From contig JAFGTS010000034.1 of NCBI GenBank assembly GCA_016933965.1, forward strand, positions 2,696-66,695: a stretch of DNA of 64,000 nt. The letters run 5' to 3'. The position numbers were made by a program, and so were the translations under genes. The notes below the pieces were generated by a model. The model was not told where the DNA came from and did not search any database. It worked only from the letters and a program-made list of their open reading frames with translations. Shown one piece after another: positions 32,142-41,662 of this stretch; the stretch's first letter is position 1, and each line of letters starts with the position of its first letter. The DNA is from Deltaproteobacteria bacterium (lineage in GTDB: Bacteria; Desulfobacterota; Syntrophia; Syntrophales; UBA2210).

Positions 32142-32915
32142 CTATCGGTCCATGAAGACCGGCTTACGCTTTTCAATGAAGGCGGCGACCCCCTCCTTCT
32201 TGTCGGCACTCTCGGCCAGCCTTCCAAGAAGCGTCCGCTCCATCTTCAAGCCCTCGGCAAGGGGCATCTTCAGACCCTCGACGACGGCCGTGACGATCGC
32301 ACGCACGGCCAGTTGGCCCTTTGAGGCGATCTTGCCGGCGAGCTTTCCCGCTTCTTCAAGAAGTGATGCATCGGGAACAACAGCGTTTACCAGGCCGATC
32401 TTTTCTGCTTCGGCCATGCCTATGAATGCGCCGGTCAGCATCAGCTCCATCGCTTTCGCGGAACCGAGAAGCCGCGCGCTTCTCTGGGTGCCGCCGAATC
32501 CGGGCAGGATCCCGAGCCGTACCTCGGGCAGCCCCATTTGCGCCGATTGAGCACCGATCCTGATATGGCAGGCGAGGGCCAGTTCAGTTCCACCACCAAG
32601 GGCCAGACCGTTGATTGCGGCAATGACAGGTTTCTGCGAATGTTCGATCAAATTGAGAATTGACTGGCCCCGCTCCGCCATAGATTCGGCTTCTGATGCC
32701 GTATTGATCTCCTGCATTTTCTTGATATCGGCACCGGCGATGAACGCCATGCCTTCACCGGTGATGATCACCACCTTGACCGCCGGGTCGTCCGCGATGT
32801 CACGCAGTGATCTTTCCAGATCATTGAGAACATCTTCATCAATGGCATTTAAGGGAGGGTTATCGATCTTGAGGATCGCAATACCTTTTTCATCTACATC
32901 ATACCGGCATTTCAT
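32142..32915 (-). CDS. Enoyl-CoA hydratase (crotonase) with both catalytic Glu
   Basis: AFIAGADI, GGGTELALACH, LPEVRLGILPGFGGTQR. Confidence 0.93.
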   Translation of the reverse strand: MKCRYDVDEKGIAILKIDNPPLNAIDEDVLNDLERSLRDIADDPAVKVVIITGEGMAFIAGADIKKMQEINTASEAESMAERGQSILNLIEHSQKPVIAAINGLALGGGTELALACHIRIGAQSAQMGLPEVRLGILPGFGGTQRSARLLGSAKAMELMLTGAFIGMAEAEKIGLVNAVVPDASLLEEAGKLAGKIASKGQLAVRAIVTAVVEGLKMPLAEGLKMERTLLGRLAESADKKEGVAAFIEKRKPVFMDR

Positions 32916-32976
32916 AACTGATCCTTTCACGGTTCCTTTGCATGATCCCGATACAGATGGATATGGAAACAAAAGG

Positions 32977-33031
32977 TGAAGCATGAAGTATAACTTTAAG
33001 CTACACTATCGCGTCTTCCGGCACCTGTCAA
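32977..33031 (-). promoter_or_regulatory. Sigma70-like promoter with operator site 3
   Basis: Minus strand: TTGACA at 33031-33026; operator TGTAG-CT-TAAAG-TTATA-CTTCA-TG-CTTCA at 33005-32977. Confidence 0.75.
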
Positions 33032-33050
33032 GAAAAATATGCGGAGGCCT

Positions 33051-33238
33051 TCATTCCTCATCCTCTTCCGGAACCAGTGCCGCCTGGTTCGCGGCGCCGA
33101 AGCGCAGGCCGGCCGATATCCCGCGATCCCGGCCGTGCACGATCGCTTCCTTATGATGTTGCGCTTCTCGGGCCGGTTGAAGATGAACCACGCAACCGGT
33201 CCTTCCCGCCGAATGATGAATATTTCCTGGTCTCCCAT
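33051..33238 (-). pseudogene. Internally deleted crotonase-family gene
   Basis: N-terminus MGDQEIFIIRREGPVAWFIFNRPEKRN is joined out of frame to a C-terminal segment KEAIVHGRDRGISAGLRFGAANQAALVPEEDEE*. Confidence 0.75.
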
Positions 33239-33264
33239 GGGGTCTCCTTTTCGACCGGTTTGTT

Positions 33265-34431
33265 TTACAGTCCTTCCATCCGGGCGAGAATTTCTCTCAT
33301 GATCTCATCGGCACCGCCGCCTATCGACATGAGACGGGCGTCCTTGTAATAGCGTGACACGAGGGTTTCGTTCATGAATCCCATGCCGCCGTACATCTGC
33401 AGGCATCCGTCGGCGACACGCGAAATAAGCTGGCCGGCGATCAGCTTCCCCATGGACACCTCACGGGTCACATCGATACCCTCCATCTTCATCCTGACGA
33501 CATGATAGGTGAGCTGCCGAAGCGCCTCGATCTCCGTCAGCCAGTCGACCAGCCGGTGTCTCAGGACCTGCCGGACGATCAGGGGTTTCCCGAACACGAT
33601 CCGCTGTCTCAGGTAATCGACGGTCATGGCGATGATGTCCCCGGCGGCCACATAAAGGAAGGGAAGGGCTGAAAACCGCTCATGCTGAAACTGCTGCATC
33701 TGATAGATGAATCCCTCTCCCTCTTCTCCTACGAGATGCTCTCCGGGAACGCGGAGGTTGTCGAAGAACAGTTCGGCCGTATCGCTGCTCCTGAGACCCA
33801 TCTTATCGAGCTTCTTGCTGACATGAAACCCGGGAAGATCGGTGGGAATTACAAAGAGACTGAAACAATGATGGCCCCGTTCATCGCTTGTCCGTGCCAG
33901 AAGAGTCAGAAAATCCGCCTGCGTGCCGTTCGTTATGAATGTCTTTGAACCATTTATCACATAGGAATCTCCATCTTTGACCGCCCGCGTCTTGAGCGCG
34001 GCAACATCGGACCCGGCATCGGGCTCCGTCACCGCGATGGCCGCCACGAGGTCGCCGGCGACGGCCCCTCGAAGGAACCTGTCCTTCAGATAGTCACTGC
34101 CGAACTGGGCGATGGCGGGTGTCGCCATGTTCGTCTGAACCGCTATGGCCGTGGGCACGCCGAATCCGTGAATATGTCCCAGTTCCTCCAGAAAGGCCGT
34201 TTCGAACCAGTAATCAAGACCCTGACCTCCATACTGTTCATCATAGCGGATGCCCAGCAGTCCGAGATCTCCCATTTTTTTGAACAGCTCATGGAGCGGG
34301 ACCGTGCGCTCTTCCCACAGGTCCATACAGGGGTTTATCTCATTTTTCACGAAGTCATATACGGTGTTCCGAAGCATCTGGTGATCCTCATTGAAATAGA
34401 GCCGTGCTGCTGCATTTGATTGTGCCATCAT
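33265..34431 (-). CDS. Acyl-CoA dehydrogenase, citronellyl-CoA dehydrogenase (AtuD)-like
   Basis: GVPTAIAVQTNMATPAIAQFGSD, GFIYQMQQFQHER and SIGGGADEIM resemble the AtuD family as recalled. Confidence 0.85.
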   Translation of the reverse strand: MMAQSNAAARLYFNEDHQMLRNTVYDFVKNEINPCMDLWEERTVPLHELFKKMGDLGLLGIRYDEQYGGQGLDYWFETAFLEELGHIHGFGVPTAIAVQTNMATPAIAQFGSDYLKDRFLRGAVAGDLVAAIAVTEPDAGSDVAALKTRAVKDGDSYVINGSKTFITNGTQADFLTLLARTSDERGHHCFSLFVIPTDLPGFHVSKKLDKMGLRSSDTAELFFDNLRVPGEHLVGEEGEGFIYQMQQFQHERFSALPFLYVAAGDIIAMTVDYLRQRIVFGKPLIVRQVLRHRLVDWLTEIEALRQLTYHVVRMKMEGIDVTREVSMGKLIAGQLISRVADGCLQMYGGMGFMNETLVSRYYKDARLMSIGGGADEIMREILARMEGL

Positions 34432-34533
34432 CCGTGTCCCTCCTGTTCTCATGAAATGGTCGATACACCGGCAATACAACATCCGGCCGACGGAACATCC
34501 TCTTTCTTTCGTTACAAGAAATTCACGCGAACC

Positions 34534-34594
34534 GGCAACTTAAAGTATCACTCTAAGCTTTACGATAATTATACCACACCGGCCATCCTGTCAA
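34534..34594 (-). promoter_or_regulatory. Sigma70-like promoter with operator site 4
   Basis: Minus strand: TTGACA at 34594-34589, TG-G-TATAAT; operator TAAAG-CT-TAGAG-TGATA-CTTTA-AG-TTGCC at 34562-34534. Confidence 0.7.
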
Positions 34595-34744
34595 GACAAG
34601 AAACGAGGCCCGGGGATGTGTCCTGCAAACCGGCAAAAACCCGGCAGGACGGCGGAAACGACCCCGGCTCCCGGGTTGCATGGAGGCATCCGGAACCTGT
34701 TTCGTCACTCCCTCCCGAAGAGAAGGAAAAGCGACAAAAACAGC

Positions 34745-34799
34745 TTGACAGGGATCCGGCAACCTTGTAATAAAGTCTAAAGCTGAACTTTAAGCTTTA
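34745..34799 (+). promoter_or_regulatory. Sigma70-like promoter with operator site 5 (all four half-sites perfect)
   Basis: TTGACA at 34745; TAAAG-TC-TAAAG-CTGAA-CTTTA-AG-CTTTA at 34771-34799. Confidence 0.8.
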
Positions 34800-34846
34800 G
34801 TATAACGAACAGGGCCTTTCTCAACGCATACCAAGGGGGTGTAAAC

Positions 34847-35812
34847 ATGAAACAGGAAGATTATGTGTGGGATTATCGCGATCCCTATGCGTGGATGGAG
34901 CGGGTCAGAGGGCACAATTTCCCGCCCATGATGATCACCTGCGCGGTCACCGGCGGTGTTCAGGGCAAGGAAATGAACGAAAACCTTCCCGAAAGCGTCG
35001 AGGAACAGGCGGATGCCGTTTACGAGGCCTACCAGGCCGGGGCGGTGTCTGTTCACCTGCACGCAAGAGATCCGCAAAATCTCTCCATGACCACGAACAA
35101 TCCGGAACACTATTCACGGCTGAACACTCTCATTCGCGAACGTTGTCCGGACATCATCATCAATAACACAACCGGCGGCGGTCCCTGGCTTTCCACGGAA
35201 GAGCGCATGTGCTGCCTCTTCGCCGACCCGGCTCCGGACATGGCCAGTTTGAACCTGGGACCATTCATGCTCAAGGTCCCTCTGAAAGACCGGAAAGAAC
35301 CCCTGCCGAATCCACGGCCCGGATTTCTTTTCGATCAGTGCATACCGACGAGCTACAGCGACGTTAATCTGTATGCGAAAACAATGCAGGAAAAAGGCAT
35401 CAAGCCGGAAGTGGAACTGTATCACCCCGGGCAGTACTGGGTCCTTCTCGATCTGATGCGTGAGGGCACGATCGATCCGCCCTACATGATCCAGTTCGTC
35501 ATGGGGTTCCAGACATCTTCCTTCCCGACGCCGGCGAATGTCCTCTCCCTGATAAACGAATTGCCTCCCCAGTCGATGTTCTCCCTCATCGGCGTGGGAC
35601 CATTCCAGATCCCCATGAACGTCTTCTCCATTATGATGGGAGGTCATGTGCGGGTCGGCATGGAGGATAACCTGTATTTCCGCAAGGGGGAAAAATTGCA
35701 ATCCAACGCCCAGTTGGTGGCCCGCATCAAAGGGATAGCGGAAGAGATGAACAGGACGGTGGCAACTGTGGCCCAGGCCCGGGAAATGCTGGGGCTTCCC
35801 CAGAAACCGTAA
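34847..35812 (+). CDS. Beta-keto acid cleavage enzyme (BKACE/DUF849, Kce family)
   Basis: ITCAVTGG, VHLHARDP, INNTTGG, ASLNLG, KPEVELY, HVRVGMEDN, EMLGL. Confidence 0.92.
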   Translation: MKQEDYVWDYRDPYAWMERVRGHNFPPMMITCAVTGGVQGKEMNENLPESVEEQADAVYEAYQAGAVSVHLHARDPQNLSMTTNNPEHYSRLNTLIRERCPDIIINNTTGGGPWLSTEERMCCLFADPAPDMASLNLGPFMLKVPLKDRKEPLPNPRPGFLFDQCIPTSYSDVNLYAKTMQEKGIKPEVELYHPGQYWVLLDLMREGTIDPPYMIQFVMGFQTSSFPTPANVLSLINELPPQSMFSLIGVGPFQIPMNVFSIMMGGHVRVGMEDNLYFRKGEKLQSNAQLVARIKGIAEEMNRTVATVAQAREMLGLPQKP

Positions 35813-35876
35813 GTAACACGGCAACGGTTGCTCCGGTAAGATAAAGCCGTGGAACAACGAATGCAGGAGGAATGTT

Positions 35877-36326
35877 ATGGATGTTGAAAACATGTACTAT
35901 CACGGTCGTATCAACGTACCCTACAAGTGGTATGTCGGTGCCACAGGAAGCCGGTTCCTCGTCGGGCTGAGAGATGGAAAGGAATTCTGGGGTATCACGT
36001 GCCCGAAATGTGGAAAGGTATATGTGCCGCCACTGAAGACATGCCCGGAATGCTTCGTGCCGAACGAAGAGTGGGTACGGCTCGCGGATACGGGCACCGT
36101 TGAATCCTTCACGGTCGCCCATTACTCGAACGGTGTTTCTCCGTCGGACATCCCTTATGTCCTGGGTCTCATCAAGATGGACGGCGCCGACGGTTCATTT
36201 CTTCACTATATCGGAGATGCCGATCCCGCCGACGTGAAAGTGGGTATGCGGGTCAAGGCGGTCTTCGCCGATGAACGAACGGGGAACATCATGGATATCA
36301 AGCACTTCGCTCCGGTAAACGAATAA
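35877..36326 (+). CDS. Zn-ribbon/OB-fold protein (DUF35)
   Basis: CPKCGKVYVPP..CPEC, GTVESFTV, VKVGMRVKAVF. Confidence 0.92.
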   Translation: MDVENMYYHGRINVPYKWYVGATGSRFLVGLRDGKEFWGITCPKCGKVYVPPLKTCPECFVPNEEWVRLADTGTVESFTVAHYSNGVSPSDIPYVLGLIKMDGADGSFLHYIGDADPADVKVGMRVKAVFADERTGNIMDIKHFAPVNE

Positions 36327-36337
36327 GGAGAGGGACT

Positions 36338-37474
36338 ATGGAAAAGGTAGGTATTGTCGGTGTTGGTCAGACCATATACGAACGACGGAAAACAGACACC
36401 TTCGCGGAGCTTGTATTCGAAGCCTGCACCAGCGCCCTCGCCGATGCGGGGATCGGAATACAGGATATCGATAACGTGGTAACCGTCTCAAATGATTTCT
36501 GGGACGGACGGACGATTTCATCCATGGCCATTCAGGATGCCGCGGGCGCATGGGAAAAGGACGTATCGACCGTCGAGGGGGACGGCATTTTCGGCGCTCT
36601 CTACGGAATGATGCGAACCCTCTCCGGTTCCTTCGACACGACGCTCATCGTGTCACACGTGAAGGGATCGGAGGGAAACATGAACCTCATCACGAACGCC
36701 ATGTTCGATCCCATCTATCAGCGGCACCTGGGGGTGGACGCCACGACATCGGCGGCCCTGCAGGCCCGGGCGTACATGGAAAAAACGGGGGCGACGGAAG
36801 AGGACTTCGCCAGGGTGTCGGTGAAAAATCACGGAAACGGCGTGAACAACCCCTTCGCCCAGATCCGGAAAAAGATCAGTCTTGAGGACGTTTTGAATTC
36901 TCGCAAGATATCAGAACCATTGAAACTTTATGACTGTTCCCCCATATCCGACGGCGCCGCGGCCATTGTTCTTTCCAATGAGAAGGGGCTGGCGAGATTC
37001 AAGAAGGACCCGGTATGGATACTTGGCGTGGGGCATTGTTCCGATTCCTATTCCCTGGGATATCGCGACCTGACGTTTCCCCGGGCATTGCAGGCCGCGG
37101 CGGGCAAAGCATTTGCGTCGGCAGGGATCAAAAACCCCTTGAAGGAACTCGACGTGGCGGAAATCGCCGATGCCTATTCCTATATGGAACTCATCTGGTA
37201 CGAGGGTTTCGGTTTCGCCGCCGAAGGCGCGGGAGCGGACCTGATCCGCTCGGGCGCGACCGCAATGGACGGGGCACTGCCCGTAAACCCCTCCGGCGGG
37301 CTTCTGTCCGCCCATCCCGTTCTGGTGGCCGGTCTGGCGCGCATCGTCGAGGCGACGCTTCAACTCCGGGGCGAGGCGGGTGACAGGCAGGTTAAGGGGG
37401 CGAAAAAAGCCCTTGCACACGGAATCAACGGCCCCTGCGGACAATCACACGGGGTCTTTGTGTTGGGAGCATAA
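36338..37474 (+). CDS. Thiolase-fold (SCP2-type) protein, Ltp4-like, lacking the N-terminal catalytic Cys
   Basis: CSPISDGAAA, NPSGGLLSAHP, LAHGINGP; STVEGDG occupies the position of the thiolase xCxS motif. Confidence 0.85.
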   Translation: MEKVGIVGVGQTIYERRKTDTFAELVFEACTSALADAGIGIQDIDNVVTVSNDFWDGRTISSMAIQDAAGAWEKDVSTVEGDGIFGALYGMMRTLSGSFDTTLIVSHVKGSEGNMNLITNAMFDPIYQRHLGVDATTSAALQARAYMEKTGATEEDFARVSVKNHGNGVNNPFAQIRKKISLEDVLNSRKISEPLKLYDCSPISDGAAAIVLSNEKGLARFKKDPVWILGVGHCSDSYSLGYRDLTFPRALQAAAGKAFASAGIKNPLKELDVAEIADAYSYMELIWYEGFGFAAEGAGADLIRSGATAMDGALPVNPSGGLLSAHPVLVAGLARIVEATLQLRGEAGDRQVKGAKKALAHGINGPCGQSHGVFVLGA

Positions 37475-37485
37475 GGGAGGCTGAT

Positions 37486-38679
37486 ATGGGTAAGAGAGTA
37501 GCCGTTGTAGGTTTTGGACAGACGAAAGGACGAAGTTCCCGCAAAGACGTGAATGGACAGGAACTCATCAATGAAGCGGTTGTAACGGCGCTGCAGGATG
37601 CGGAACTGACAATCCGGGACATTGACGCCATCGTCATCGGAAATATGGATCATTTTGAGGGCATTAACTATGTCGACACCTGGAGTGTCGAGGGCGCGGG
37701 CGGCGTCATGAAGCCCATATTCAAGGTGACCACGGGTGGGACGACGGGAACGACCGTCGCCATGAGCGCCTATTATCATGTCGCCTCAGGCATGTTCGAC
37801 CGGGTGCTCGCCATCGGCTGGGAAAAGAACTCCGAATCGGACACCACGGGCGCCATTATCACCGCCTTCGACCCCGTATGGGAACGGCCCAACCTGGGCG
37901 GAGCCGTCGCGGGACTGGCGATCGAGGCAAGCAAGTACATGAGCAACTACGGGGTCACCGAACGGGACGGGGCCCGTGTGGCGGTGCGGGAACGTCTCCA
38001 CGCGCTGAACAACCCTTACGCCCACCTGCATCAGGAGTGGATGAAGGGTATCCCGGTGGATCAGCTGGTCGATCTGATAGTCGGGTCCGAGCAGAATGTC
38101 ATGCTGGCGTATCCACTTCGGATGAGCGACATGTGCCCGCGGACGGACGGCGCCGCGGCGGCCGTCTTCGCGTCCGAAGATGTGGCCGAAAAGATCGCCC
38201 CGATCCCGGCCTGGGTCCTCTCCACGGTGAACAGGCATAATTTCGCTCTCGCCGGCGATGTGGACATGGACCGGAACACAACCATGGCAAAAGCCTCAAA
38301 AAAGGCCTTCGAGAAAGCGGGAATAAAGGAGCCTCTCAAAGAGATAGATGTCTGCGAGCTTTATCTTCCCTATTCATACGCCGGCCTCAAGTGGATGGAG
38401 GATTACGGCTTCTGTGAATACGGTGAAGGCCCGAAGCTGCTCTGGGACGGTGTCACCGACATGGACGGCGAGCTGCCGGTCAATCCTTCCGGCGGTGTCA
38501 TGAGCTCTAATGCCATTGGCGCGACGGCGCTCATCCGCGTCGGTGAGGCGGCGACCCAGGTGATGGGCAAGGCGGGAACCCGGCAGGTGCCGAAGGATGT
38601 GAACATCGCCTTCGCAACGGGCTTCGGCGGTTGTTACTGGGCTGACGTAATGATCCTGGGCAGGCGGAAACCGGCCTGA
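37486..38679 (+). CDS. Thiolase-fold (SCP2-type) protein, Ltp3-like, lacking the N-terminal catalytic Cys
   Basis: KVTTGGTTG, VLAIGWEKNSES, NPSGGVMSSNAIGA..RVGEAATQVMGKAG.RQV. Confidence 0.88.
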   Translation: MGKRVAVVGFGQTKGRSSRKDVNGQELINEAVVTALQDAELTIRDIDAIVIGNMDHFEGINYVDTWSVEGAGGVMKPIFKVTTGGTTGTTVAMSAYYHVASGMFDRVLAIGWEKNSESDTTGAIITAFDPVWERPNLGGAVAGLAIEASKYMSNYGVTERDGARVAVRERLHALNNPYAHLHQEWMKGIPVDQLVDLIVGSEQNVMLAYPLRMSDMCPRTDGAAAAVFASEDVAEKIAPIPAWVLSTVNRHNFALAGDVDMDRNTTMAKASKKAFEKAGIKEPLKEIDVCELYLPYSYAGLKWMEDYGFCEYGEGPKLLWDGVTDMDGELPVNPSGGVMSSNAIGATALIRVGEAATQVMGKAGTRQVPKDVNIAFATGFGGCYWADVMILGRRKPA

Positions 38680-38707
38680 TCCTTTTTGAACGCGACGGAG
38701 GAACATC

Positions 38708-39193
38708 ATGGAAAAAAATGAACAGAAGAAAAACGAACAGGAGCTTCTCACCGTAACGTCCGGTGACATGTTCCAGCCCTACGACTGGAGCGTCGGATTG
38801 TTCGGATCCAGATTTCTGGCCGAGCTCAGGGATAATAAGAAGATATACGGCATAAAATGTCCGAAGTGCGGAAAAGTGTACGTCCCGCCCCGCAAGATCT
38901 GCGGCAGTTGCTACGTGGCGATGGATGAATTCGTACCGTTATCCGATGAAGGTGAAGTGTATGTCTGCACGATCGTCCATTTCGGCTTCGTCGATCCCGA
39001 AACGGGCAAGCAGCGTCCTGTTCCATATGGATACGCCTTCATCAAGCTTGACGGCGCGGACACATGCCTCACCCATTTCGTCAACAGCACCGACCCGGAG
39101 AAGTTCAAGGTCGGCGCCCGGGTAAAGGCCGTCTTTGAAGAAAAACGAAAGGGCAGTATCGCCGATATCAAACACTTCGATATCATCGATTAG
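38708..39193 (+). CDS. Zn-ribbon/OB-fold protein (DUF35)
   Basis: CPKCGKVYVPPR.ICGSC, VPYGYAFIKLDGAD, KVGARVKAVF. Confidence 0.92.
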   Translation: MEKNEQKKNEQELLTVTSGDMFQPYDWSVGLFGSRFLAELRDNKKIYGIKCPKCGKVYVPPRKICGSCYVAMDEFVPLSDEGEVYVCTIVHFGFVDPETGKQRPVPYGYAFIKLDGADTCLTHFVNSTDPEKFKVGARVKAVFEEKRKGSIADIKHFDIID

Positions 39194-39224
39194 TCTGTTC
39201 CGCTGTATCATTGGGGAGGTTTAC

Positions 39225-39698
39225 ATGATTGAAGAACGGTTCAAGGAAATCGCCGAGATCGCCGTAACCAGTATCGAAGCGATCAAACGGACAGGGATCC
39301 GGGTCACCGACATGCAGGAAGGGTATGCCAAGATGCTCATGCCGCTGGAGGGAAACATCAACCATGTGGGCATGATGTATGCGGGGACGCTCTTCACCCT
39401 GGGTGAGTTCTGCGGAGGCATCATATACGGAGCCGCCTTCGATGTGAACAAGTACTACCCCATCGTAAAAGAGGTGACCATCAGGTTCCGCCGCCCGGTC
39501 CTTACGGATGCGACCATCGAGGTGTCACTCAACCGGGAGGAAGCCGAACGTATTCAGAAGGTCTGCGATGAGCAGGGCAAAAGCGACTTTGTCCTGAACC
39601 TGGAGATCAAGGATGCCGGCGGTACGGTCGTGGCCCTCGTCGACGGGACCTGGCAGATCAGGCAGATACCCAAGGAGATGGGAAACCCATTCAGGTAG
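39225..39698 (+). CDS. Hotdog-fold thioesterase (YiiD/PaaI-like)
   Basis: GNINHVGMMYAGTLFTLGE, IVKEVTIRFRRP; RBS GGAGG. Confidence 0.85.
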   Translation: MIEERFKEIAEIAVTSIEAIKRTGIRVTDMQEGYAKMLMPLEGNINHVGMMYAGTLFTLGEFCGGIIYGAAFDVNKYYPIVKEVTIRFRRPVLTDATIEVSLNREEAERIQKVCDEQGKSDFVLNLEIKDAGGTVVALVDGTWQIRQIPKEMGNPFR

Positions 39699-39826
39699 AC
39701 CGACGGCGGCGGGGTTTCCTTCCCGCGTCACAGGGAAAACAATGGCCGCAGTGTACGAATGAGCGGCGGGGACCGCAATCTGCAATCCCTGCCGTTCAGG
39801 GGGGTAATTCCGAAAAGGAGGGAACC

Positions 39827-40285
39827 ATGGAAAAAATATGTTTTGAGGATTATCAACTCGACGAAGTGCTGGTCAGCCCGGGCCGGACCATCACGGAAGC
39901 CGACATTGTCATGTTCGCCGCCCTCACCGGTGACTGGCACCCCATTCACACGAACGTGGAGTACGCCAAAAAAACAATTTTCGGTGAGCGGATCGCCCAC
40001 GGCATGCTGGGTCTGACCATCGGGTCGGCTCTCATATTCCGCCTCGGTCCCTATGTATTTACACCGAAGAAATTCATCGCCTTCTACGGAATGGACAAGA
40101 TCCGTTTCACCGGTCCCATAAAGATCGGCGATACGATCCGGTGTGAAGCGAAGGTCGCCATCCTCAAGGAACGGGATGAAAAGACGGGCGTTATCGGCTA
40201 CGAGGCAGCCATAAAAAATCAGCGCGACGAGAACTGTGTCGTTTTCTCACCGCGCATTCTTGTCGGCAGGCGGGACAACGATTGA
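39827..40285 (+). CDS. MaoC-family (R)-specific enoyl-CoA hydratase
   Basis: RTITEADIVMFAALTGDWHPIH...FGERIAHG. Confidence 0.92.
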   Translation: MEKICFEDYQLDEVLVSPGRTITEADIVMFAALTGDWHPIHTNVEYAKKTIFGERIAHGMLGLTIGSALIFRLGPYVFTPKKFIAFYGMDKIRFTGPIKIGDTIRCEAKVAILKERDEKTGVIGYEAAIKNQRDENCVVFSPRILVGRRDND

Positions 40286-40298
40286 AAAGGGGCTCTCT

Positions 40299-41447
40299 AT
40301 GGACTTTGAACTGACGAAAGAACAACAGATGCTCAAAGAGGCGGTCGCCCGCTTCGTTGATGACCGGGTCATTCCCCTGGCACCGACCATCGACAACGAC
40401 GGGGCCTTCCCCGAAGAAAGTTTCAGGACCATGGCGGAGATGGGGCTTTTCGGCATAACGATACCCCAGGAATACGGGGGGAGCGGGGCGGACCTGCTTT
40501 CCTGCGTGGTGGTGATGGAGGAACTTGGAAGGGGATGCGCCGCAACGGCCAACACCTTCGGTGCTCATGCAATTCTATGTACCGAAAACATTTACCGGAA
40601 CGGCACCGATGAACAGAGAAAGCGGTATCTCCCGGACCTGATAGCGGGGAAAAAGATCGGCGCCATCGCCATTACGGAACCGGGAGCCGGCTCCGACGCG
40701 ACATCCTTGACGACCCGGGCCGAGAAGCGGGGTGACGCCTATTACCTGAACGGAACGAAGATGTTCATCACGAACGGACCGGTGGCTGATGTCATGGTCG
40801 TCTACGCAAAGACGAACCCCGAAGCCGGCCCTCACGGCATCAGCACGTTCATCGTTGAAAAAGATTTCCCCGGCTTCTCCCGGGGCAAATCACTCAAGAA
40901 AATGGGGGTAAAGGGGTCCCCGACGGGCGAACTGATCTTTGAGGACTGCCGGGTTCCTGCTGAAAACCTCCTGGGAAAAGAGAACGAAGGTATCCGGGTG
41001 CTGATGAGCGGTCTTGACCGGGAACGGATCACCTATGCCATCTGTCCCATCGGGGTGGCTCAGGGTGCCTTCGATGTGGCATTCAAATATGCCTGTGAGC
41101 GCGTCCAGTTCGGCGCACCCATTATCAGCTTTCAGATGATCCAGGAGATGGTCGCCGACATGGCAACGGACATCAATGCGGGACGTCTCGTGGGGTACTG
41201 GGCGGCGGCGGAAGCGGACCGCGGGAAGCGCGTACGGCTCGAGGCGTCCTACGCAAAGCTCTTCTGTTCGCAGGCCGGCCTGCGGGTCGTTGACCGGGCG
41301 ATCCAGATCCTCGGCGGTTACGGCTTCATCAGCGAATTTCCCATTGAACGCATGTATCGTGACATCAAGGGGATCGAGTTCGGTGCCGGCACCACGCAGA
41401 TCCAGAAACTCATCATCGTCAGGGAACTGATGAAAAATCTCGGATAA
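40299..41447 (+). CDS. Acyl-CoA dehydrogenase, isovaleryl-CoA dehydrogenase-like
   Basis: FGAHAILC..NIYRNGT.EQ, ITNGPVAD..VVYAKT, VLMSGLDRER, FGAGT. Confidence 0.9.
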   Translation: MDFELTKEQQMLKEAVARFVDDRVIPLAPTIDNDGAFPEESFRTMAEMGLFGITIPQEYGGSGADLLSCVVVMEELGRGCAATANTFGAHAILCTENIYRNGTDEQRKRYLPDLIAGKKIGAIAITEPGAGSDATSLTTRAEKRGDAYYLNGTKMFITNGPVADVMVVYAKTNPEAGPHGISTFIVEKDFPGFSRGKSLKKMGVKGSPTGELIFEDCRVPAENLLGKENEGIRVLMSGLDRERITYAICPIGVAQGAFDVAFKYACERVQFGAPIISFQMIQEMVADMATDINAGRLVGYWAAAEADRGKRVRLEASYAKLFCSQAGLRVVDRAIQILGGYGFISEFPIERMYRDIKGIEFGAGTTQIQKLIIVRELMKNLG

Positions 41448-41662
41448 TCAACTTCTTGACTCTATGGCAGCGTGCCTGAACGCCTCCGCGCGGCGCGCTG
41501 CCCTTCAAAATCGCTTCTTAAGAAAACAATTCGCCATCTTGCATTACATCCCCAATTCACCGTATAATCACTCTGTTAAATCTCAACCGGCACGTTACAG
41601 GATTCTCCTGTTCATTTCCCCACCAATACACAAGAATGATGAAGACAGAAGGAGACGGGATC

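Noticed and set aside
32996-33238. 80-aa ORF as a functional small protein
   Set aside because: Only the first ~27 residues are crotonase-like; the rest is out-of-frame read-through of a deletion remnant
36338-38679. Annotation as standard beta-ketothiolases
   Set aside because: The N-terminal nucleophilic Cys is absent in both, and they are flanked by DUF35 partners
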